DNA of 64,000 nucleotides from an uncultured Candidatus Actinomarina sp. (lineage in GTDB: Bacteria; Actinomycetota; Acidimicrobiia; Actinomarinales; Actinomarinaceae): the NCBI GenBank assembly GCA_902595195.1, contig CACJPC010000002.1, forward strand, positions 42,270 to 106,269. Direction: 5' to 3'. Positions within the stretch are counted from its first letter, which is position 1. The number at the start of each line of letters is the position of its first letter. The notes beneath the pieces are model-generated. The model worked only from the letters and a program-made list of their open reading frames with translations. It was not told where the DNA came from and made no database searches. The position numbers and the translations under genes were made by a program. Positions 56,803-64,000 of the stretch are shown piece by piece.

Positions 56803-57699
56803 TTGAAAAAAGTAACATATTTAAGCGGTGGTGTGGGTGGTGCAAAATTTGCTAAAGGCTTATATAAAGCAAGTTTGAACAAACTTTCGATAATTGTTAA
56901 CACTGGTGATGACGAATATATAAATGGTGTCTCACTATCTCCAGATATAGATACCGTAATATACGGTCTAGCTGGAATTGAAGGTGAATTTGGATGGGGA
57001 ATAAAAAAAGATAAATTTACAGTTCATGAACATTTAAATAAATTTTTAAATACCAATTTTATGATTGGCGATAAAGATTTGGCTACCAATCTATTTAGGA
57101 ACCAAATGCTATATGAGGGAAAAACGTTGACAGAAATTACTAATGAAATAAAATCTGAATTCAACATTCTTTGTGAAATTATCCCAATGACTGATGACAA
57201 GGTAAGTACAAAATTAATTACAAAGCAAGGCGAAAGGCTTGATTTTCAAAACTATTTTGTTGAGAAAAGAGGAAAGCCAAGATTAAAAAATATAACGTAT
57301 AAGGGATCAAGTCAAGCAAAAGTTAGTAGCAAACTAATAAGAACAATGAAAGAAAGCGATACGATAATCATTGGCCCCTCTAATCCTTATTTATCAATCG
57401 GACCAATTTTGTCTCTAAGAAAAATAAAGGATGCATTAATTCAACATGACAATGTTATAGTTATCAGCCCATTTGTTAATAACAATGCCATAAAAGGACC
57501 TTCGAAAAAAAACTTTACAGATATGGGCCTCACAGCAGATATAAAAGGCATTAAGAAATTCTATAAAAATGTAGCTAACAAATATATCGTACATTTTGGA
57601 GATTCTGATAATTTAAGCAATACTTACGAAGAGAACATTCTTTTTAAAACAATTGAAGATTCAAAGAAATTAGCTACAAAACTACTTAGTTATGAATGA
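56803..57699 (+). CDS. cofD: 2-phospho-L-lactate transferase (F420 biosynthesis)
   Basis: N-terminus VTYLSGGVGGAKFAKGL is the CofD/YvcK-superfamily glycine loop. Size 298 aa. Followed by cofE with an 8-nt overlap. Confidence 0.75.
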   Translation: MKKVTYLSGGVGGAKFAKGLYKASLNKLSIIVNTGDDEYINGVSLSPDIDTVIYGLAGIEGEFGWGIKKDKFTVHEHLNKFLNTNFMIGDKDLATNLFRNQMLYEGKTLTEITNEIKSEFNILCEIIPMTDDKVSTKLITKQGERLDFQNYFVEKRGKPRLKNITYKGSSQAKVSSKLIRTMKESDTIIIGPSNPYLSIGPILSLRKIKDALIQHDNVIVISPFVNNNAIKGPSKKNFTDMGLTADIKGIKKFYKNVANKYIVHFGDSDNLSNTYEENILFKTIEDSKKLATKLLSYE

Positions 57700-58390
57700 A
57701 ATTTCGATTATTCCAGTAAAAGGATTACCCGAAATCAAGAAAGGTGATGACCTAGCTTCCATGACTTTTGACCTGATTAAGAAATCAGGAAGTGAGATTA
57801 AAAATAATGATGTATTTGTAATTACACAAAAAATTGTTTCAAAGAGTGAAGGTATGGAAAGAGATTTAAATGAATATGAATTTGAAGATTTAATTAAAAG
57901 TGAAACGAAACAAATTATTAGAAAACGAGGGGATTTAATAATTGCAAAAACAAAACACGGTTTCATATGTGCAAATGCAGGAATAGATAAATCCAATATT
58001 GAGAAAAACAAAGCTCTTCTTTTACCCGAAGATCCAAATAAATCAGCTCATAAATTTAGAAGTCAAATAAAGACTGTAAGTGGAAAAAGAGTAGCTGTAG
58101 TGATTTCTGATACTTTTGGAAGAGCATGGAGAAAAGGTCAGGTTAATTTTGCAATAGGTTCCTCTGGCATTTCTCCTATTACAAACTACATTGGAAAGTA
58201 CGACTCATTTAATAACGAACTATTTGCAACAGAAATTGCAACAATTGACGAAATTGCTAGTGCAGCAGAATTAGTTATGGAAAAGTCGATTAATATTCCA
58301 ATAGCTATCATAAGAGGACTTAAATATGAATCCTCAAATGAAAATGCAGAGATATTAATTAGAGACGATCAAGAAGATTTTTTTCTTTAA
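57692..58390 (+). CDS. cofE: Coenzyme F420-0:L-glutamate ligase
   Basis: 232 aa with the CofE pattern (IPVKGLPEIKKGDDLA...ICANAGIDKSN...). Translationally coupled to cofD, as in mycobacterial fbiA-fbiB. Confidence 0.7.
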   Translation: MNEISIIPVKGLPEIKKGDDLASMTFDLIKKSGSEIKNNDVFVITQKIVSKSEGMERDLNEYEFEDLIKSETKQIIRKRGDLIIAKTKHGFICANAGIDKSNIEKNKALLLPEDPNKSAHKFRSQIKTVSGKRVAVVISDTFGRAWRKGQVNFAIGSSGISPITNYIGKYDSFNNELFATEIATIDEIASAAELVMEKSINIPIAIIRGLKYESSNENAEILIRDDQEDFFL

Positions 58391-59310
58391 GTTTTTAACC
58401 AACTTACTACTTCTTTTATGCCATTATTTAATGAAAATTGAGATTCCCAATTTAATTCTTTTTGTGCCTTAGAACTATTCAAAACACTTCGCAGAAGTTC
58501 ACCTTTTCTTGACTCCTTATATATAGGTTCTACATCAGATGCAAATTCAGATTTTATTGTTTCTAACAATTGATTTACCGATGTCTCTATCCCCGTCCCT
58601 ATATTAAGAAATAAATTGGAGTCAATCTTTGAAGATAAAATTAATGCATTTACAACATCTTTCACATATATGTAGTCTCTTGTTTGTTCTCCGTCCCCAT
58701 AAATAATTGGTTTTTCATTCTTTAAAATTTTATTTGAAAATATTGATACTACTCCAGCTTCGCCGTGTGGATCCTGACGTGGTCCGTAAACATTTGAGAG
58801 GTTCAAAATTGAATATGACAAGTTTGTATTAATCGTCATACTTGTGATAATTTCGTTTAACTTCTTTTTACCAATACCATATGGTGACTCAGGTTCTCCT
58901 GCAAAATCTTCTTCACCAGTTGGTAAAATGTTTGGCTCACCAAATATCGTTCCACCAGAAGAGGTGAAAACGAATTTACTGCAATCAGTGCTTAGTAAAG
59001 TTTTTATAAGTTGGACTGGTTGTAAGATATTATGCTCAAAATCAAGTAACGGATCATCTACAGAAACTACAACAGAAGATTGGGCTGCCAAGTGAAAACA
59101 AATTTGAGGATTAAATTCTTTAATCAAATTTAATGAATTTTTAGTTCCAAAATCGTCTTCAATTAATTTAAAATTACCCTCGAATTCAATATTTTCTTTT
59201 TTTCCAGTTAAGAAGTTATCAAATACCAATATTTCATTATCAGGTGATAAAAGTTCTTCTAATAAATGTGAGCCAATAAAACCTGCTCCACCTGTAATTA
59301 AAATTTTCAT
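58387..59310 (-). CDS. NAD-dependent epimerase/dehydratase (UDP-hexose 4-epimerase-like SDR)
   Basis: MKILITGGAGFIGSHL Rossmann motif. YxxxK catalytic pair (YGIGKK). 307 aa. Confidence 0.8.
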   Translation of the reverse strand: MKILITGGAGFIGSHLLEELLSPDNEILVFDNFLTGKKENIEFEGNFKLIEDDFGTKNSLNLIKEFNPQICFHLAAQSSVVVSVDDPLLDFEHNILQPVQLIKTLLSTDCSKFVFTSSGGTIFGEPNILPTGEEDFAGEPESPYGIGKKKLNEIITSMTINTNLSYSILNLSNVYGPRQDPHGEAGVVSIFSNKILKNEKPIIYGDGEQTRDYIYVKDVVNALILSSKIDSNLFLNIGTGIETSVNQLLETIKSEFASDVEPIYKESRKGELLRSVLNSSKAQKELNWESQFSLNNGIKEVVSWLKT

Positions 59311-59312
59311 TT

Positions 59313-60188
59313 TTAATTTGTTCTAACTATTTCGTTTTTAATTATACTTCCGCTTTCAATTGTTGAATTATTGGAAATAATTGAATTTTCGATCACAACA
59401 TTTTCAGCAATTTTGCAACCATCCAAAATTACACTGTTTTTAATAATTGAATCTTTATTTATTTTTGTATTGTTTGGAGATATCCAATTTTCTTTGCCAT
59501 CATCAAGGTGTGCTTGAATAAATGCCTCTCTAGTTCCAACATCAATCATATTGCCTTTAACGGTATACGTATTCAACAATTGATTTGTTGACAGTTGAGG
59601 AAATACATCTCTCTCAAAAGAGCATGGAACATCAAGTGATGAAACAATGGACATAATATCTTTTTTGAAAAGGTGATAGAGTCCTAAGCTAATTTTATTT
59701 CCAAATCTGTCATCATCTGGCTTTTCTATGAAAGCTTCAACTTCCATTTTTTCGTTTACTTTTAAAACTCCATATCTTGATGGATTTTCAACTTCAAATG
59801 AACCAATTAATGAATTAGTACAGCTACGAGCTGAATCAATGAAATTTTCCAAATCAACTTCTAATAGAAGGTCTCCGTTCATGCATAGAAATTTGTTGGG
59901 CATCGATTGAATATTTTCAATAATATAACCAGCTGTGTCTAATTTTTTTTGCTCAAATAATAAATTTATATTGTTGTTTGATAATGCTTCATAATCAATC
60001 CAATGCTGTCTGTGCTTTTCAGAACAAATTAGATTAAATGTAAAGTCAGAAAATTTTGAGAACTGTGTGATTATCTTATCAATTATCTTTTCACCTCTTA
60101 TTGTTAGAAGTGCTTTTGGAATTCCGCTAGATAACGGTTGAAGCCTAGTTGCCTCTCCCCCAACAAGAAGAAATATTTCATTCATCAT
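59313..60188 (-). CDS. Sugar-1-phosphate nucleotidyltransferase with a C-terminal hexapeptide-repeat (LbH) domain
   Basis: LLVGGEATRLQPLSSGIPKALL NTP-transferase loop plus a C-terminal [LIV]-G-x-x-x-x repeat region. 291 aa. Confidence 0.7.
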   Translation of the reverse strand: MMNEIFLLVGGEATRLQPLSSGIPKALLTIRGEKIIDKIITQFSKFSDFTFNLICSEKHRQHWIDYEALSNNNINLLFEQKKLDTAGYIIENIQSMPNKFLCMNGDLLLEVDLENFIDSARSCTNSLIGSFEVENPSRYGVLKVNEKMEVEAFIEKPDDDRFGNKISLGLYHLFKKDIMSIVSSLDVPCSFERDVFPQLSTNQLLNTYTVKGNMIDVGTREAFIQAHLDDGKENWISPNNTKINKDSIIKNSVILDGCKIAENVVIENSIISNNSTIESGSIIKNEIVRTN

Positions 60189-61560
60189 CTTGTAGGATAT
60201 TAAAGAATTTAGTTAATTCGTCATCTTTTTCTAAATTGATAACCCGTTCCCATAATGACATTGATTTTTCTAAAGAAAGAACGTTTTGCACATTTCTTAT
60301 AAATTTTTCTTTTAATAATGGAATGGCTTCCTCTCTTCTAGATGGATGACCTATAGGATTTTCAATGGTGATTTTTTCAGAAGTGGAGTTATCATCATAA
60401 ACAATTTCTATGGAATTTGATATATGTCTCTTAGAAAATTCATAGTAATTTGTAGTAAAATTTGAATCTTCACTAACTACAATTTTTTTTCTTAGACTTT
60501 CTATTTTGCTTAAACCAGAGAAATCGTTTTTGTACATTTCATATTTCAATTCTCCAAAAAGAAGAGCAGCTGAAACCATATATTCAAGACTATGATCCCT
60601 GTCAGATTCGTTAGATAAATTTTCTTTATTTGCGATTATCCTTATTGCGGGTTCATGTGTAAAAATGTTAATTTTTTTTACTTTATCTATATTTTGATTA
60701 AATTCTTTACTTAACTTGATTGCACCTTCTACTGCTGACTGCCCATGAAATTCGGCTGGAAATAAAACTTTAAATAATACATTTTGAATTACCCAATCAT
60801 TTAATTCTTTACCAAATTTAATTTCAGAATCATTTAGAAAATTTTTTTCAAATCCCCAATTTTTGTCGTCTTGGATAGAGCTATAAACTTCATCATTTAA
60901 TTGGCTGATTTTAGCGAGTTCAATCCCTCGTTTTGATGCATCTGCTGCCGCCCAGCTTTTTCTTTTTCCTACGTTAGGAAAGTGTCTGTAGGATCTGAGG
61001 GAAGGACCATCAAGTAAAATATGATTAATAGTTCTATGAACAATTTTCTCATTTCCTTTACTTAATAAAGATGAGAAAACAGCTCCAGATGCTAACTTCA
61101 CATAAAACACATGATCATAACCTAGTTGGTTTAATGAAGTCCCAAGACATAAAGAACCTTGAATTTCATAAGCTTTTGTTAGAGCTGTCGTAAAGTCTAT
61201 AAATTTATAATTTGGATTCGCATAAAAATAACTGTATATGGACCCAAAGTTGTCTGATGGGTGGGCCCACTCTTTTGCAAGAAATGTGTCGTTGTAGTCA
61301 AACCATCTAGTTAATACAGTTAAATACCATGCAACTTCTTGGTAGGAATTTAATTTCCCAACATTTAAGAAAGGGTTTGAAAATAATTCAAAGGATTTAT
61401 CTTCTATAGCAAAATTATTGACTTCGTCATGAGTGCTTGCTTCAATTACGCAACCTAGGGTATCTAGGATTGCAAGCTTGGCAGAAGTAAAATGGTCATC
61501 ATTTTTTAAAGGTTTTGAAAGAAAATTGTTTATTTGTGTATCTAAATTATTTTTTTGCAA
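60178..61560 (-). CDS. prpD: MmgE/PrpD-family protein (2-methylcitrate dehydratase-like)
   Basis: 460 aa. N-terminal LAILDTLGCVIEAS matches the MmgE/PrpD motif. Adjacent to the citrate-synthase paralog. Confidence 0.65.
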   Translation of the reverse strand: MQKNNLDTQINNFLSKPLKNDDHFTSAKLAILDTLGCVIEASTHDEVNNFAIEDKSFELFSNPFLNVGKLNSYQEVAWYLTVLTRWFDYNDTFLAKEWAHPSDNFGSIYSYFYANPNYKFIDFTTALTKAYEIQGSLCLGTSLNQLGYDHVFYVKLASGAVFSSLLSKGNEKIVHRTINHILLDGPSLRSYRHFPNVGKRKSWAAADASKRGIELAKISQLNDEVYSSIQDDKNWGFEKNFLNDSEIKFGKELNDWVIQNVLFKVLFPAEFHGQSAVEGAIKLSKEFNQNIDKVKKINIFTHEPAIRIIANKENLSNESDRDHSLEYMVSAALLFGELKYEMYKNDFSGLSKIESLRKKIVVSEDSNFTTNYYEFSKRHISNSIEIVYDDNSTSEKITIENPIGHPSRREEAIPLLKEKFIRNVQNVLSLEKSMSLWERVINLEKDDELTKFFNILQDDE

Positions 61561-61563
61561 AAA

Positions 61564-62634
61564 CTATCTTTCAGAGGGACCGATGTATTTTGCTGCAGGC
61601 CTAATTAAAATATCCTGTTCGCGTTGTTCAAAGTAATGCGCAGCCCATCCAACAGACCTACCTGCTACAAATATTGGAGTAAACAAGTCAACTTCAAATC
61701 CCAATTCAGCTAAAAGCAGACCTCCATAAAAGTCGACATTTGGAAAAAGATTTTTTTCTTCATCCATAATTTGGTCAATTTTCTTTGCAATTTCAAACCT
61801 ATTTTTAGATGACTCGGTCTGAGCTAACTTATCTACCCAACTTTTGACTATTGGACTTCTTGGGTCTTGGACTTTATAAACTCCATGACCAAATCCCATT
61901 ATTTTTTTCTTATTTTCAAGTAATTGTTTAACTCCGTCTATAGCTTCCTCGACACTATCAAAAGAGTTTATTAACTCAACAGCTCTCTCATTTGCACCAC
62001 CATGTAATTCTCCTTTTAAAGTTGCAATTCCAGACACTATTGCACCAGTAAGATCTGCTCTTGTTGAAGCAGTAACTCTAGTAGCGAAGGTTGATGCGTT
62101 AAATCCATGCTCTGCATAAAGAATTAACATGTCGTCTAGTGCTTCGAGTTGGTCCTTTGATGAGCTATTTGGCAATAGCGAACTAGCAACTAAATACTGA
62201 CTATCTAATTCGTCACAACTCTCTTCATGATAAGAAGCGATTATGTAACAAACTGTTGCATTAATCCTTGCAGATAATTCAGTTTTATCTTCTTTATCAA
62301 GTTGTTGTTTTCTTAAAGTTGTTAATTCACCTTTATAAGACACTACTGTTCTTATTACATCCATCGGATGCAATGTTTGTTTTATTTCGCTAAGCAAGTC
62401 ATTAATTTTTTGGTCTTTGCTTATCTCAAGATAGTATTTTGCAAAACTTTTTCTAAAGTCTTTGTCGTTAAGTGAGTCAGCAATAATTAATGATGCTACT
62501 TGTTCATAAGTATTATTTTTTGTTAAATCTGTTGCGTCATAACCTCTATATCTTAAAGAAGTGCCCTCTTTTCCCACCGTTGAGATAGAGGTTTCGCCAG
62601 CAACAACTCCCCTTAAGCCTGGTGAAAATTCCAT
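61564..62634 (-). CDS. prpC: Citrate synthase-family protein (2-methylcitrate synthase-like), short at 356 aa
   Basis: GLRGVVAGETSISTV...LRYRGYDATDL N-terminal motif. Catalytic region GFGHGVYKVQDPR. Confidence 0.75.
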   Translation of the reverse strand: MEFSPGLRGVVAGETSISTVGKEGTSLRYRGYDATDLTKNNTYEQVASLIIADSLNDKDFRKSFAKYYLEISKDQKINDLLSEIKQTLHPMDVIRTVVSYKGELTTLRKQQLDKEDKTELSARINATVCYIIASYHEESCDELDSQYLVASSLLPNSSSKDQLEALDDMLILYAEHGFNASTFATRVTASTRADLTGAIVSGIATLKGELHGGANERAVELINSFDSVEEAIDGVKQLLENKKKIMGFGHGVYKVQDPRSPIVKSWVDKLAQTESSKNRFEIAKKIDQIMDEEKNLFPNVDFYGGLLLAELGFEVDLFTPIFVAGRSVGWAAHYFEQREQDILIRPAAKYIGPSER

Positions 62635-62681
62635 ATGTCTAATTGTACAATATTGTTACATATAAGGATTAGAATTTTCTC

Positions 62682-64000
62682 ATGGCAGAAATACATAATC
62701 TTGAAAATAAGACTAGATTTGGCTCAAGGTACATTGCTGGATTTTTATTAATACTCAGTAGTTTTCTTTTTGCCGCTTGGGTTGGTTTTTTTGTCTTCCT
62801 CCCTATAAAATCTGCAATGTCAGTCGTAACTGATTTAGAAGAAAAATTTCTCCCCAGAGCTGAGGGAATGGTATTAAATTTTGTTTCTCTATCTGAACCA
62901 TCGGTCATTTACACTTCTGATAATCAAATTCTTGATGAATTACATGATGGGTTAAACAGGGATCCAATTGCTTTGTCAGATGTTCCGCCTTTTGTGATAA
63001 ACACACTTTTAGCTGCTGAAGATAGTAACTATTACCAGCACGAAGGAGTAGATTTTATCGCAATTCTTAGTGCTGTTTTAGATAATCTTAGGGGCGTTAC
63101 GAGAGGTGGTTCAACTATAACTTCTCAGGTTGCAAAACAATCTTTTGTTGGTGACGAAATTTCAATAAGAAGAAAAGTAGCTGAAGCTGTAGTAGCAGCA
63201 GAACTTGAACGAAGATACACAAAAGATCAAATTCTTGAATATTATATTAATTCAATTTATTGGGGTTCAGGTGCTTATGGAATCCAATCAGCAGCCTATG
63301 AATACTTTGATAAAACTGTTCAGGAGTTAACACTTGATGAGGCAGCAACCTTAGTTGTAATTATTAGAAGCCCTGCTTATTACAACCCAAGAAAATATCC
63401 AGATAGAGTTCTTGAAAGAAGAAACGATGTCATAAATATAATGCTAAAAGAAGGGTTTATAGTAGATATCCAAGCAAGATCAGCAAAGCTTGCTCCTCTA
63501 AATGTTGTTGAATCCAAAAATTTTGTAGCACAGGCAGAACATGTTGTGGCAGAAGTAAAAAGACAATTATTAAATGATCCCCAATTTGCTGTATTAGGCA
63601 ATACAAAAGAAGAGAGAAAGAAAGCAGTGTTTGGTTGTCCCTCTGATGATACTAATTGTTTTGGAGGTGGAGGTTTAAAAGTATATGTGACTCTTAATTT
63701 GTCATTGCAACAACATGCAAATAGTGTACTCAATACCTGGGTTCCGCCTGATCCTGATGAAGAAAATCCAGATGAACCAAAACCAACAGGTGTAATTACA
63801 TTAATTAACAATTACACAGGTGCAATTGAGGTAATGGCTTCAGGATTACCTTTTGATGAAGAACAATACAATTTAGCAACACAAGGCAAAAGAAATCCTG
63901 GATCCGCTTTTAAACCAATAACTCTTTTGGCAGCACTTGAATCAGGTGCAAAGTTGTACAGCTATAGAGATTCAAGAAGTCCAGTTGAAATTAATTGTGG
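62682..64000 (+). CDS. Class A penicillin-binding protein (transglycosylase + transpeptidase); start complete, 3' end beyond the window
   Basis: ATG at 62682. N-terminal TM. GT51 motifs AAEDSNYYQHEGVD and RGGSTITSQVAK. Transpeptidase SAFKP (SxxK). The ORF track omits it because it has no stop in the window. Confidence 0.85.
   Translation, partial: MAEIHNLENKTRFGSRYIAGFLLILSSFLFAAWVGFFVFLPIKSAMSVVTDLEEKFLPRAEGMVLNFVSLSEPSVIYTSDNQILDELHDGLNRDPIALSDVPPFVINTLLAAEDSNYYQHEGVDFIAILSAVLDNLRGVTRGGSTITSQVAKQSFVGDEISIRRKVAEAVVAAELERRYTKDQILEYYINSIYWGSGAYGIQSAAYEYFDKTVQELTLDEAATLVVIIRSPAYYNPRKYPDRVLERRNDVINIMLKEGFIVDIQARSAKLAPLNVVESKNFVAQAEHVVAEVKRQLLNDPQFAVLGNTKEERKKAVFGCPSDDTNCFGGGGLKVYVTLNLSLQQHANSVLNTWVPPDPDEENPDEPKPTGVITLINNYTGAIEVMASGLPFDEEQYNLATQGKRNPGSAFKPITLLAALESGAKLYSYRDSRSPVEINC

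Noticed and set aside
62669-63811. Minus-strand ORFs 62669..62908 and 63380..63811
   Set aside because: Antisense to a clearly recognisable class A PBP gene (GT51 and SxxK motifs) that the track missed because it has no stop in the window.
1-64000. CRISPR arrays, IS elements/transposases, phage genes, rRNA
   Set aside because: I found no regularly spaced direct repeats with unique spacers, no transposase-, integrase- or recombinase-like ORFs, and no rRNA-like conserved stretches. The only repeats are coding low-complexity Thr-linker repeats.

Overview
This is a 64 kb, AT-rich (about 32% GC) and very tightly packed chromosomal window from what appears to be a streamlined low-GC actinobacterium. 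The lineage call is an inference from a WhiB regulator, the F420 genes cofD/cofE, and a mycobacterium-like gene order (secA-prfB-ftsEX-smpB and ahcY-SIS-pmm-...-cofD/cofE). Genes overlap by 1-20 nt almost everywhere and most intergenic gaps are under 100 nt. Two edge-truncated genes are missing from the ORF track: rho (1..857, minus) and a class A penicillin-binding protein (62682..64000, plus). I also call a tRNA-Gln(UUG) at 26628..26702 and a tmRNA (ssrA) at 34982..35319. The ORF track reads through the tRNA as protein.

Most of the window is core metabolism and cell machinery: hom-thrC, glmU-prs, ksgA-ispE, tatD, rsmI, mscL, trxA, ggt, smpB, ftsEX plus an M23 peptidase, prfB, secA, ahcY, pmm, cofD/cofE and prpDC.

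The main findings, in order of interest:
1. A translationally coupled surface operon (1870..17198) encoding a 3757-aa LPVTG-anchored protein built from about 30 divergent ~110-aa repeats, a sortase carrying a ~300-aa N-terminal cytoplasmic domain, an ~8-TM membrane protein, and a TM-anchored HExxH zincin. A paralogous zincin module sits at 20585..22563.
2. An AhpD/CMD-family gene (36466..37026) with an in-frame TGA at the position of the second Cys in the family SxxNxCxYCxxxH motif. A GC-rich hairpin 21 nt downstream makes this a candidate selenoprotein with a SECIS element.
3. prfB carries the canonical +1 programmed frameshift site (AAGGGGTATCTTTGAC). ORF0 starts inside the 3' end of secA.
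4. A GT2 + GtrA + large polytopic membrane protein module (53181..56519) is inserted into the conserved actinobacterial pmm-whiB2-fbiA/fbiB locus. An 82-aa Cys-rich protein sits where whiB2 would be expected.
5. An AbrB-like swapped-hairpin regulator is fused to a C-terminal zinc ribbon.
6. Four distinct HExxH metallopeptidase-like secreted proteins occur within the 64 kb.

I found no CRISPR array, no mobile element and no rRNA. Coordinates I derived by hand may be off by 1 nt in places; ORF-track coordinates include the stop codon.
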